Below, piece by piece: positions 1 to 12,549 of a DNA stretch of 64,000 nt; the stretch's first letter is position 1; every line of letters starts with the position of its first letter. The position numbers were made by a program, and so were the translations under genes. Origin of the DNA: Azolla caroliniana. Its lineage: Eukaryota > Plantae > Polypodiophyta. The notes under the pieces were generated by a model that saw nothing but the letters and a program-made list of their open reading frames with translations, was not told where the DNA came from and searched no databases. The DNA lies in contig JBHGNT010000006.1 of assembly GCA_043228905.1 (NCBI GenBank), forward strand, positions 7,378,001 through 7,442,000. Direction: 5' to 3'.

Positions 1-59
1 TCATTCTTCTTCTTCTTCTTCTTCGTCGTCGTCGTTTCCCCGACTATTCGCTTTGAGGT

Positions 60-460
60 CAGATTTAGGGTTCAGTTGACTGCTTCTTTTGACATCAGAT
101 TTAGGCTTTTACAGGAAAACCTCATTCTGAGGCTCGATTTAGGGTTTCTCAGGCATTTCTGTTGAGGTTGGAAGTAGGGTTGCCGACAATAGCTATTGAA
201 AAAATTTGTTCTTGATATCAGAGTAAAGAAAGACTTTCATCGGGGCTAATCTTAGGTGAGCTCTTTTTCTCTCATTTCTGTCGCATCATCTAGAGGCATT
301 TAATCACGAGGAAAACCTCGTGATATCTGAAACGCTCGGATGTTTCTCGCAAAATTTCTCTGCACAGCTAGGCTTTCCTTTCCTAGTAAGTGGCCGACTT
401 TCATCTATGGTTAAGAGTTAGGGTTTTCCAGACGGTTCATTTAAGGTCGGATTTAGGGTT
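60..460 (+). promoter_or_regulatory. Probable 5' UTR and leader of the Tubby-like gene, with telo-box-like motifs and a 5'-UTR intron donor
   Basis: TAGGGTTT (reverse telo-box) at 140-147 and 419-426, with near-matches TTAGGGTTC at ~65 and ~453. Donor ag|GTGAGC at 256. The acceptor is uncertain: tttgcag 1607 or tttcag 2096. Confidence 0.5.
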
Positions 461-475
461 CTGATAATGTCCGTG

Positions 476-478
<3 letters not shown>

Positions 479-546
<68 letters not shown>
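479..546. repeat. (TC)n microsatellite
   Basis: Uninterrupted TC dinucleotide run. Confidence 0.95.
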
Positions 547-553
<7 letters not shown>

Positions 554-2110
554 CTCTGATGTTGATATTATCTGTTTAAAAATTCTAAACAGACCGGACT
601 TGATTCTAGTATTTCTTTATCTCCGTGAGACAGATTGAACTTTCATTCAGGATTTGTGAGACAGATCTGTGTTTCAAAATACGATTTTTTTATATTTTTT
701 TTTGCTCTCTTTTTGGGAAATAGTCTGAACTTGATTTAAGGTTTTCTTAGAACGTTTGTTCGAAATTATGTTAGTTCCTCTCTCTCTCGTTTGGAGATAG
801 AATGACCTTTAATTCATGCCTTCAAAGTCTTCATAAAAGATTTTATTTCTCTGTCTGATATAGTCTGAACTTGATTCTAGCGTCTCCCAGAATATATATT
901 TCAATATTTGTTTGTTTATCTCTTTCCCTGAAACAGACTGAAAGAAGCTTTTCATTGTGGCTAGCTTTGTTCGTGTTATTCCCTCCGCTTTTCTATTTCT
1001 TCATCAAGAAGCATGGAATTTGAATGAAAACGTGAAGTTTGAACATCACTACATCGCCATATTTTTCTGTACATTTGATTACTTTGAAGGCAACTTATCC
1101 TTCATTCATTCTTTCTTTTTCTGTTTTTCCTTTCTTCATCTGTATATCTTTCTTGTAAAGGAATTAACTTTCTTTGCTTGATGCTGTCTGCAAAAAAATT
1201 GTTTCAAGGCAAAGAATTGATAACAGTTTCTTTAGGTCATTTTTGGCCTCTTAAAAATACGTTAATGTATCTTTCTTTCTTTAGCCATTTACAGTCACTT
1301 TGAGATTCTGAGTTAGAAACACCATACCACTCATTAAAGAGTATTATTCGTTTGACTGTGAGGAATCCTCATACTTTTCTGTTTACAGTTTGAAATCTTT
1401 GTTTGTCTGCTCATTTGTTCTCTTTCTGTTAATGCACAAAAAGAGAGATAAGAAAGAAAGAAATATGAGAGCTCTTTTCATTTTTATTTTTTTAAAAACG
1501 AAAAAGACAGACAAAAGATGATCCTTTCGCAGGTTTTTATAATTGTTTTATTTTTCTTTAGTGCAGAAACTCAGTTATGTCTTCCTATATTGATGTTGTT
1601 TTTGCAGATATAGCACATTTCTCAAATATGCGAACAACAGAATGGAGATATTATTCATCTATCCTGCCTATTCCTAATATTTCTTAATATCAATATACTG
1701 CTTTTCTGGTCATCAGAAAAAGAATACTCTCACTGATTCTTGATATTCCATAATAAATACACACCTTTTCTGCTTATCTGAAAGCACATCAATCAATTTG
1801 GTAGCATATTAATCAAGGTTGCAACAAAATCTCACTTCAGTTATTTTGATAGATCTCGGTATTCATATACTCATATTCCCCTCACCTGAAAGTGGTTCAC
1901 ATGTAAATCAAGGTTTTGAACAAAATTTCCAACCAATTCTTGGTAGATAATAATCGACAAACTGCTTTGTTTTGAAAGCATATAAGCCACGGGTTTAAGT
2001 AAGATTTCCCATTGATTCTCGATAGATCTTAAGTGACAAAGTAAATTTTTGCTCGTTGGAAACCTTGTAAGTCAAGGTTTTGGAAGCAACTTTCAGTAGT
2101 CGCAAGCAAG

Positions 2111-4372
2111 ATGTTGATAAGATCCATAGTTCGTGATCTCAAGGATATAACGGAAAATGTTGGAAATGTTTCTCGAAGAACTTTAAGTTTAAGGTTTCCT
2201 CATAGTGGAAGAGTTCGCTCTCAGAGCGCAGTTCTAGAATCCTTATCATCCACTATAGTAGATAATTCGAAAAGCTGTTGGGCTAATCTCCCCCCTGAGC
2301 TTCTTCGAGATGTTCTACAAAGAGTTGAATCAGCTGAAGGCTCATGGCCATCTCGGAAACATGTTGTTGCTTGCTCTGCAGTGTGTAAGACATGGAGAGA
2401 GATCACCATGGAACTTGTGAAAACTCCTGAAGAGTCTGGAATGCTCACATTCCCTATCAGCCTTAAACAGGTGACAAACACATTTTTATCTTGAAAAAAT
2501 AAAGTTCTCCAGAGTAAACCTTTGAGTCTCTCTCTTTAGTTCCCCAAAACCCCTTTATTTATACATTGCTTCTCCAAATACTCTTGATGAACACATAAAA
2601 AAGAGAGTAAAAGGATATGAATTGTCCTTGTGCCCAAATAACACAATATTTGAGAACAGGGAGTTAATTGACTATCTTTACTTTTGTTCATTTACTTATA
2701 GTTCTGTGATGATATATAATGTTGAAACTGGGTTAGTAAAGAGAATAACATTTTCTTTCAGAAATGTAATACATTTGGTTTTGGTTGCAGCCGGGTCCAA
2801 GAGAAAGTCCAATGCAATGTTTCATTCGGCGAGACAGGGCGAACTCTGCATATTACCTCTATCTTGGCTTATCTCCTTGTGAGTTTTGTATGGAAAATAT
2901 CTCCTATCATATATACTAAGGTTTGTTCTTAACATATTTTTCTAAATTTTCATTTGCCTTGCAGCCCTGGCGGTAGAGAATAGCAAGTTTCTTTTAGCAG
3001 CTCGACGTGTACGTCGAGCTACAAGCACAGACTATGTCATTTCATTAAATGCAGAGGATATGTCAAGAGGGGGTAACAATTACATCGGAAAGTTGAGGTG
3101 ACCGTGTTTTTTCTAGGTTTTAAAGCAACATGAAATTAGATGTGTTAATTGAATTATTTTTTATGACTATACTGATGTGAATCAACATTAATTTCATCAC
3201 CTCCGGTCTTTATTTTAAAGTCTATATGTTATCTTCTGACTTCTTATGTTGTAGGAAAACGTCAAAGTCAATGTTGTAAACCCATTTTTTACGGAGCAAA
3301 TTGTTAGTGTGCATGATGTCAAACTAAAATTATGAGGAGTTATTGTAATGAATGGAGCATCAAACCCATTTCTTAAGACTCAAACCCAGAATCTTAATGT
3401 TGTAACGTACAAAAATCTATTGTATGCCATATCATCATCTATATGTGCGTATATATAAATTAAAATTTAGCATTTCAATAAGGAAGCCTCATGAATCTAT
3501 AAAACATTTAACTCTGGCTCTGTCCAAAGTTTTTATACAATGCATAAATATGACGAATTTTATATTGTGCTTTGGCATGGAATGCCCTGTTTTATGATCA
3601 TGTATGACCATATAGTCTCTCATAAGCATTAGGAAGACTGCACTTTTCATATTGTGCTTTAGAAGCATGTCATGTCTTGTTATATGACAGTAATAATGTG
3701 GCATTCATTTACAGGTCGAATTTCCTTGGGACCAAGTTCGCTGTACACGATAGCCAACCTCCATTGAATGGGGCCATTGTGCCAAGTAGCCGATCAGTTA
3801 GACGTATCAGCTCCAAGAAAGTATCTCCAAGAGTTCCAGCATATACCTACGATGTGGCTAATATTGTGTATGAGCTCAATGTTCTTGGCACGAGGGGTCC
3901 GAGAAGAATGCAATGTACTTTGCACTCTATCCCTGCATCAGCTATGGAGATTGGAGGAAGTGTACTGACACCCACTGAGCTTCCTATCTCTTCAGATGAC
4001 TCTTTTGCTTCAGTTCCGTATTCTAGACCATTTTCAGAGGTTGGTAGTGATCTTATTACCAAAGTGGATATAGATCATCATACAAGCCCATTGGTATTAA
4101 AAAACAAAGCTCCGAGATGGCATGAGCAATTGCAATGTTGGTGCCTTAATTTCCGAGGGCGTGTGACAGTCGCTTCAGTAAAGAACTTTCAGCTTGTTGC
4201 AGCATTGGACCCAAGTCCAGTATTGCCTCAAAGTGAGCTAGATAAGGTGATTTTGCAGTTTGGGAAGATCGGAAAAGATATCTTTACAATGGATTATAGG
4301 TATCCATTGTCGGCTTTTCAAGCTTTTGCTATTTGTCTAAGTAGTTTCGATACCAAGCTGGCATGTGAATAG
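2111..4372 (+). CDS. TLP: Tubby-like F-box protein, 4 coding exons
   Basis: Exons 2111-2470, 2791-2878, 2965-3097 and 3715-4372, all GT-AG and in phase. F-box [13 protein letters not shown]...[18 protein letters not shown]. Tubby domain [63 protein letters not shown]-terminal FDTKLACE. Confidence 0.96.
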
Positions 4373-4416
4373 TGTGAGAAGGAGAACAATGCTGTATGTT
4401 ATTATTGACCGGTGTA

Positions 4417-4606
4417 CTATGACGGGTTCTAATTGTCATCAAACGTTCATGGGTTCTAATTATCAAGCTATGATGGGTTGTAATTTTCATCGAGCTATGA
4501 GGCCTCTAATTACTATCAAGCTATGGTGGGTTGTAATTGTCATTGAGCTATGATGGGCGCTAATTGTCATCAAGCTATAGTGGGTTCTAACTATCATCAA
4601 GCAATG
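4417..4606 (+). repeat. Degenerate ~27-30 bp tandem repeat in the Tubby 3' UTR
   Basis: About 6-7 copies of ATGATGGGTTCTAATTGTCATCAAGCT starting ~45 bp after the stop codon. Confidence 0.85.
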
Positions 4607-5159
4607 TTTGAGGAAGGCTTTTGGTGTAACTCCATACAATGTGGTGGTGGCTCCATACCATGTCTTGGTTCTAGGGCATATACGAGTGGCTTAATGGCAA
4701 GGGTGCTTCTTATAGAGAAAAGAAAAAGTGGATTTCATAGATGAGATGTGGAAATGAGATTTCTATAGCAAAAGCTTCACCTCAGATTTCTAGTAAACAC
4801 ATGCTCTCCTAACTAGTTATCCTGTGATTGCTACAAATCTGTAAACCATAACACTGTAGGCCTTATTTCCTTCTTTTTTTCTAGTTTTGCTCAACTGAAG
4901 ACTCCTTAAGGCATTTGTTCTCTTTGTGTCTCTCGATACATGCGTTTTGTTTAATTTGTGTGTCTTAACATCCCTTGTAATAAAAAACTACAGGGTCTGA
5001 TGTTTATGAGGCTTGTACATTTATTATTTGATTTCATGTGTTTTCTTGTTTGTGTATTTATTAGTTAATACGGTGTGTTTTCCTAGCCATTGTCCATGTT
5101 GTATGAGCTAACGAATGCACAGACAACCTTCCAAAGGATGGTACTACAAATCTCAAATG

Positions 5160-5196
5160 ATGACCTTATGCACTTCATGAAGTGCATAAGTGTCAT
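5160..5196. repeat. Perfect 26-bp palindrome, extendable to 37 bp with one bulge
   Basis: CTTATGCACTTCATGAAGTGCATAAG (5165-5190) equals its own reverse complement and is flanked by ATGAC and t-GTCAT. Confidence 0.95.
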
Positions 5197-6089
5197 GGTT
5201 TGTGGAGCATGCATGTTTTATGCCATCTATATGCGATATGAATTAATGTATATACATACGCTTTGAATAAAAGTGTCATGATGAGCATGGGCTATGATTA
5301 TATTATATATACCATCCATATGAGCATGTTGAATCTGATCTTGCGATGTATAGACAGTATGAGTTCCAATCAACAATTTTTTTGGCAATATACTTCCAAA
5401 TCCATGGTCCATCATTTGGTGCATGGATGGCTGACCTTGTTCTAGTATGCTGTACAGTCATGTGGTTGATGAGTCAGATTGCCTTTACTCACTTCTACTC
5501 GTTTAATGCATGCCCTATTTGTTGAATGTTTTGAGCATGAAGTCTTATTCATATTCATTGGTAGCTGACAATGCTCTTGTTTGCCCCAAATTTGAACCAT
5601 GGAACTGTGCTTTAATGATTTAATTTGTCTAATTCAGTTTGATTTGCGTTTCAGAATTCGAAATGGTTCGGGATCTTATAATGGTCTTGTTTGGTATATC
5701 AAACTTGAACTACAATGGTTTAAAGTGTGAGCTTGTGTTGGTTTAATAGTCTTAACTAATGATGGGACAAAAGGAACACCTCTAGTTTCTCTCCCCCATT
5801 CTCCCCTTGTTCTAAGGACCACTTGTTCATGATGGTGTTTGCGTAAGGCTGGAGGCTTACCATTTATAACCTATGAGTATCTAAGATAATAAAGGAAACT
5901 CCAAACACTGCATTATTTACTACTTACACCCTAGTATTTTAATCCTTATTGTAACCCCAATAATTAAACCCTATATTCGAGTAAGGTAATTTTTGTAATA
6001 TAAATTGATATAAAAAGGAAAATTATACTTGTGTAAATTTCTATTTTTGGGATGAAAAGTGGAAACCTTGATATTTTAACCCTAATGTT

Positions 6090-7080
6090 TCCCTGCTTAT
6101 GGACCCGACAAAAAGTTCCTTACGAAAGAATCAATGCTCCGCCACATCAAAGAGTTTTGTGAAGCTAATGGACATTTTATCATGATGAGGAAGAATCACC
6201 AAGGCAACTATTGGTTAAAATGTGATTTGAGTAGAACTTATGAAAAGACAATTAGTGGAATGGAAAATGGAACGAATAGGAGAAGACCAAGATTCTTAGC
6301 TTGCTCCTTTGGAATTACCACTTCGTGTTTCAAAGACGTTGGTTGATCGGAAAATCTTTGATGTAGTAAATCAAAATTCTCATGAACTAACTACTAAACC
6401 CACTAATCATTCCATTGCAAGATGTTTGAAGTTTAAAGAAACGTCAAGAAAGATAAAATTATCAAGTCGTGGGGATTCTAGGCACATTGAAATTGGGATT
6501 TGACAACCATATTAAAGAAATCCACAACATATTGGAGCCAAGAACAAGAGAGGAAAATAGTGGTTGAAGTCTTTGACGAGGAAAGATTTGAAATTTGTCA
6601 ATGAAATCAATGGCAATAGATCCTTGGAGAAAGGCTTTTCTACCCGACTGAATCCATTATTAAAATGTGCAAAAGATTGTACCCTATGTTTATGATGGAT
6701 CACATAAACAAGATCAACAAGTTTGGCATGCCTCTTTTAACAGTGGGATGGCTGATAACAAGTATCACTCTTTCAATGATAGACTTGTATTTCTCCGAGA
6801 GGAAACAAATATGTACATATAAATAACATATATTAATGTATAAATAACATATATTAATGTGGGAGAAGTATGAACAAGCCATCAATGTTTTTTTGTTGAA
6901 TGTGTTTTTCATCGATAGTGGACTAGGGTCGATGAATGCTTGGTAGTTGTAATTGACCAAAACCACAAATATTCTTCTTTACTACAACAGATGGGCATAT
7001 CGATGGGAATAATGTAGCAAAAAATGCAAAATCAACAATGACAATTGAAATTTGGTAGAATTTCTTCTTAAGTTGGAGCA
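6090..7080 (+). mobile_element. Degenerate Mutator-like (MULE) transposase remnant
   Basis: At ~6694-6750 it reads MDHINKINKFGMPLLTVG, matching the MULE DxTYKTNxYxMPL motif. Upstream IKEFCEANGHFI...WLKCD resembles a FAR1-like N-terminus. Many stops and frameshifts; TIRs not resolved. Confidence 0.6.
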
Positions 7081-7161
7081 AGAACTCCATAAATATATGT
7101 ATACTAACACAAGTATGTATGTATGTATTCAAGCCAAGGATCATTGTTCACCTTCGATCTC

Positions 7162-7475
7162 AGCCTTTTAAGAGAGAGAGAGAGAGAGAGACTTCGTACA
7201 AGCCCTTTCGGCAACGAATGGGAGGTGGCTGCCAGTGTGATCGTGAACGTGAACGTGCCGTGGCGGGCCCGGGATTCCATCACGGCCAATCGCATGTGGA
7301 CATGTGTCATCACGAGCCTTTTAAGAGAGAGAGAGAGAGAGAGAGACTTCGTACAAGCCCTTTCGACAACGAATGGGAGGTGGCTGCCAGTGTGATCGTG
7401 AACGTGAACGTGCCGTGGCGGGCCCGGGATTCCATCACGGCCAATCGCCTGTGGACACGTGTCATCACGAGCCTT
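7162..7475 (+). repeat. Near-perfect tandem duplication (2 x ~154 bp) in the BBD promoter
   Basis: Copies 7162-7314 and 7315-7469, each with (GA)n followed by a GC-rich block. They differ by a few SNPs and in (GA)n length. Confidence 0.95.
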
Positions 7476-7485
7476 ATCCAAGAGG

Positions 7486-7521
<36 letters not shown>

Positions 7522-7525
7522 ATCC
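7441..7525 (+). promoter_or_regulatory. CCAAT-N10-CACG (plant ERSE-like) overlapping ACACGTGTC (G-box/ABRE), followed by two CTTATCCA motifs
   Basis: CCAAT cgcctgtgga CACG at 7441-7459. CTTATCCA (I-box/TATCCA-like) at ~7473 and ~7519. About 400 bp upstream of the BBD ATG. Motif match only. Confidence 0.55.
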
Positions 7526-7866
7526 AAACCAGAAAAGAAAGAGCACACACAAAGAAGAGATAGTCTGATAGACAAAAAAAAAAATCAAGAAAGAGAGAGA
7601 GAAACTACATTCTTCATACAGCGTGTCTAATTTTTTGTTTGCGTTTCCTGCGGATTAGGGTCTCTGCTTCCTTTTTCTGCTCTCTGTAAATTAGGGTTTC
7701 CTTTTTCTGCTTCCCTTCTCTGTAAATTTAACCCCCTTGCATCTGGTTCTCTGTATATTTGGACCCCCCCCCCCCCCCTCTCCTCGCTTTCTGTGGATTT
7801 TTGGTTTCTTTTTTCTGCCTTGATCTTCTTCTTCTTCTTCTTCTTCTTCTTCTTCCTTGGGGTTTC

Positions 7867-10800
7867 ATGGCCATGGAAGCTCTGAGATCCCCTTCTTTCC
7901 CCATCGCCTCATTCACCTCCTCAGGAATCCTAATGCGTCATAGTCGTTGGACCCGTCCACTATCCAATGGCAGGAGAAGAAGTTTATCCGCATCCCCCAC
8001 ACATCATCTCTTCTCCTTCCGGAAGAAGATTTCATTATCCTCGCGGACTCGGCATGGATTACGATGTTCGATTCCTAACCCTAATGATGAAGTTTCAAAG
8101 AAGACCTCATGGGATGGCGAAGACGCAAACTACATCGAGGCTCATGTTGTCGAAGCAGGTTTGGCTGTCTTCCAATCTTTGATCTGTATGAAGTATGTTT
8201 TATTGGAACTTGGTTGGTCCTGGTCTGGCCTTGGTCTTATCCTTGATCATCCAATTAAAATTTTAGCGGAAAGATCGTTCTCTTGAAAAAAATGATGTAA
8301 AACTTAAGATTTTGATCATCTAACAAATATCTGAACAAAAGTATTATGCTTTCTCTATCTATTCTTGATCTTGATCATAAAATAAAAAATCTGAACAAAA
8401 AGAATGGTTTTGAAAACAAATATGCATTCTGTAAGATTTTGAGCATAGAATGAACAAATCTCTGATTATGTTAAAAACAAGTAAGATCAGATAAGATCCT
8501 CTTGATCAGAGAATAATATGTAAAAGAATTATTCTTTAGATACAATCTGATCGTAGTCCAGACATTGGAACAGAAGGATCATGCATTTGAAACCCAGTAT
8601 GTCTCACCAGATCAGATCCTGATCATAGATTGAAAATTCTGAATAAAAGTTTCATGCTTTTAAATGCAAGGTAAGATCTGATCATGGAATGGAAATGTCG
8701 AAAAAAAAGTGTAAACTAGTTAAGATCTGGTGATATAATGGAAATACTTGAAAGGCTCACGTGATTATAAACGTTTATGCATTGGATAATTTCTGAAAAT
8801 ATTCACAAAGGCGCCTTTTTCGTGGAAAGCAAGTATGCATCAGATTAGATTTTAACATCGAACAGAAACCTGAGCAAAAGAATCACGTTGTTGATAAAGA
8901 GGCATGAGATCAGATATCATAATGGAGTCTGAACATAAAAATTACGTTGTTGAACACAATAATCCATTGCGCAAGGTAAGAATGAAACCTTATCACATTG
9001 TTGACAAGAATGCAGGAGATAAGTTTTCATAAAGGAAATCTGAACAAAAGGATTGGAAACAAAGGTGCTTTATGCAATAGGTAGCATCTGATAATAGAAT
9101 GAAAATCCTCACAAGGCCTCGTGTTCCTCAATGCAAGTATGCATCAGATAAGGGCTGATCATAGAAGGAAAAATCTTCACAAATGCACATGTTGTTGACA
9201 CATGAATATCTGATTCTGTCTGAAATACTGTTTTTGCTCCACAAAAGTATGCTTTGGATAAGACCTGACCACAGAACGTAAATCTTTCAACAACATGACC
9301 ATTTTGAAGTTATCCATTCTATTATCACATCTGAATGAAAGCCCCATAATGCATTTTGTTGAAAGAAAGTATACATCAGAGAATGGAATATTCATAAGAT
9401 GTTGATCACAGATTGGAAGGATTCTCTAAGTCTCATGTTGCTAAATTTGGGTATGCAGATATAAGATCTGATCATGGAATGAAAATCTGAACATAAGGAT
9501 CATGTTGTTGAATGAAAGTATGCATCGGATAGGAGTTAATCTTAGTGTACACATTTTCACAATGGTTCACATTGTTAAAAAGAAGCATTCTGCGTCAGAT
9601 CTTGATCTTTATCATGGAAGAGAAATCTGAACAAAAGGATCATGTTGTAAGAAGAAACCATTGTGCATCAGATAATCTGACCAGAATCAGATCTCAATCT
9701 TTCCAGTGGAATCGTTACACTTTTCATTAACTTAATTATTTCTTAGTTGCTCTTTGAGTTATACTATGTCCTCAAATAACATTTGTGTGTAATAATGTGA
9801 ATATTTTCTGAGCTATTATCATGATTTTCCTATGAACACTATGGTGATCATAGCTTTATCTAGTTGATGGTTTTATAACAATATCATCTTCCAGGTCAAC
9901 AGTTGTTTGTGCTGAGTTTTCTGTGTTTTTGTCATGTCTAGTGAGCCTTTTGCCATCAAAGGGGCATCTATTCATGACTTTAGTAAATGGAGGGGAGGTG
10001 GAGGTTGACCATGTGAGCCCTCCCAAGGGCAAGCTTCTGTACAGATCAAGCAATCCCACCATCTTTTTAAAGATTCTCTCTGAAACTGAACTATTTTTAC
10101 CAATCATAGTAGGTATGGTTTAACAGACTCTTTCATGGGACTCTTTTGATATATTGATATATCACAGGACTCTAATCTCTATGGGTATTTACCGTGGGCA
10201 GGTGATGCTGCAATTGGCATGCTGATGAAAGCTATCCATGGAGAAGAAGTAAAGGTGATCCTCTATTTCATATGGCAAATCATTAGTCTCTGTGATTTTG
10301 GTGTATTGATCTTTTAATGAATGCTTGTGCTATATTCATCTTTCATGAACCGTTTGTGACGTATTCATCTAAATGGGCTACTGTGAGATATATTGGGATT
10401 TCACAGGACCATAGTGATATATATATATTGATCTCTCATGGGACTTTGGTGATATACATTGATACGTGGGCCTCTTGTGATGTATCAATCTTTCATGGGC
10501 TTTGATCATATCATTCACTGTGTCAATAGCAGTTTAATGACGAATGGGCATAATCTCAATTCTCCTTATTATTACTATCAATGTTGATCTGTTATTGAAC
10601 TGCTGTGATTAGGTGCGTCCAAATCAGTACCATTTGATGGAGGATCTTGTTGCTAAACTGAACTTTGAGGTTAGTTGAGATGCCTTACATTGAGAACTGC
10701 AATATCTTACTGCTGTTTGCATTAGGATGTTTATTAATTGGATTCAAAGGTTTACTGCTTGGTATTGAAATCCTCCTCATCAGGTCCGGATGGTGAGAGT

Positions 10801-12549
10801 GACTAAGAGGATTGCTGATGTTTACCATGCTCGCATATTTATTGGAAGGGTAAAACATTTCTATTGCTTTATGGGACAAAGGTTTTTATCTTAAAATTAT
10901 ATTCCTTCCTGGTCTATAATCTAGTTGTCTTGATGGATGCGCAGCCAGGTGAAAAGGAAATGCAAAGCATTGATGCCCGTCCTTCTGACGCTATAAATCT
11001 AGCTGTAAGATGTAAGGTGAGGATTCGTCATAAAAGAAATCCCAGCGTTCCTTTGTGTTTATACTGGTTGTGTAAGATGGATGCAATTTGACGGTATAAA
11101 ATGATGTTAGGTGCCCATATATGTGAACAAAGTTTTAGTTGATACCGATGCCGTGAAGCCCATATACGCTGCCAAAAGAGTACAGAATAACGATTTTTCA
11201 TCTTTAGATTGGTGAGATGGTTTCCTCTTACGTACTTCAACAGATATGAATGTCTAATGTTTCCTATTCTTGCTAACATCAAGAAGAGGGAAATTTTGTA
11301 GTCCCGAGGATGGGTATGATCCTATAGCAGAGGAAATAACCCTTGTGAAGAACATGCTTGTAGCAGCTGCAGAAGAGCGTTTTCAAGATGCAGGTTGAGA
11401 TTTTTAGTTTTCAAAATGTGTTAGCATCAATTCCCAAGCAATATCTACTGACAGCATTAACTTAATGTTTTGAAGCTGAATGGAGAGATAAGCTGAATTT
11501 TCTTCGAAAGCAGAGGAGACGAATCAGACAGGTAATGAATAATCTAGCTATGTTTTGTGAGTCATTTTTTTCTTGTGATGTTTAAATTTATCCTTAGACC
11601 GTGGTGTATGAAGATTAGGGGTTGCACCATGAAAATAATGAATATTAAGATATGTTGAGTATTCACATAATATTTTCTTTGAACACCATATTGACTATCA
11701 ATTCTAGGATTATATTACTGTAAGTGCTCAATGTGATGGCCATCAGTAATGTCCTTGAGAGGGACTTTGGTGCAAAAATTTCACTTAACTAACCATGGGC
11801 CTGGATTAGGCCTCTAGGACATTTATGGTCATATCACATATCAATAAAATCTTCAATGTGCATGCATATTATTTGTAGCCATGTTTTCATCAATCATTAC
11901 ATCTGATTACAGTGTAAATGGATGAACATCATGAATCATATCATGGCAAGGAACTTAAAAGTAACACGTACATCACTGATAGACCCCTGTAGCGATTTTT
12001 TTTCACATACTTTTCCACTAGACACAGTTAAAGAGAGGTAGGAAAACCTATCTTTTGATAGGGTATTAAGACTAGAGATGTAGGAATTACCAATTTGTAC
12101 ACAATTAAAAGTATGTGTTAACACCACAATCATTGCATCATCAATGCATTGCCCAAGTCATCATTTCATTTATTATTTGCCAACTCTGTGTTCGTTGAAC
12201 GTGGTTAAACATTGATGGTATGTTTAACCATATTATCCGTCGCTTATTATTCTTTTTCCTAACTGGACTTTGTGCCTTTTTTATACATTCTTGCACTTTT
12301 CGCTACTTATACTATTTCTTTTGAGCCATTCCATCTTCTGTTTCTTTATAGCTGGATGTGGTGACTGACAAGTTTTAGGATCAATAAACTAATTTTAACA
12401 AGAATTGCTTTAAAAGTTGTGAGAAAGTATGATTTTCAAGAAATTGTTTTCATCTTATTGTAAGGCATGTTGAAGATAACAATGATCTTGCATTATTGTC
12501 GTTCACATTTTGATTTAACTAAAATATCATTCTATTTTGCCAGCTATGA
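7867..12549 (+). CDS. BBD: Bifunctional nuclease (BBD / DUF151 + UVR domain), probably plastid-targeted
   Basis: Exons 7867-8158, 9942-10112, 10202-10254, 10613-10669, 10784-10849, 10945-11016, 11111-11211, 11302-11393 and 11476-11531. The last exon is ambiguous (12352 LDVVTDKF* or 12544 L*). Motifs YIEAHVVEAV, LFLPIIVG, VRPNQYHLM, VRMVRVTKR, SIDARPSDAINLAVRCKVPIYV, AAAEERFQDAAEWRDKL. Ser/Arg-rich N-terminus. Confidence 0.9.
8290..9700 (+). repeat. Degenerate ~60-70 bp minisatellite filling BBD intron 1
   Basis: Recurring AAATCTGAACAAAAGGATCATGTTGTTGAA...AAGTATGCATCAGATAAGATCTGATCATAGAATG, roughly 20 diverged units by eye. Confidence 0.85.

Noticed and set aside
4365-4744. Small ORFs with repeated MMGSNxHQA peptides resembling a peptide precursor
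   Set aside because: They are translations of the 3' UTR tandem repeat; there is no signal peptide and the frame is not maintained across units.
7104-7630. Overlapping 85-149 aa ORFs with RERERE/SLSLSL and duplicated peptides
   Set aside because: Artefacts of (GA)n tracts and the 154-bp promoter duplication; no family motif.
8290-9700. CRISPR-like periodicity
   Set aside because: Units are degenerate along their whole length, with no invariant repeat plus unique spacer, no cas genes, and a eukaryotic intron context.
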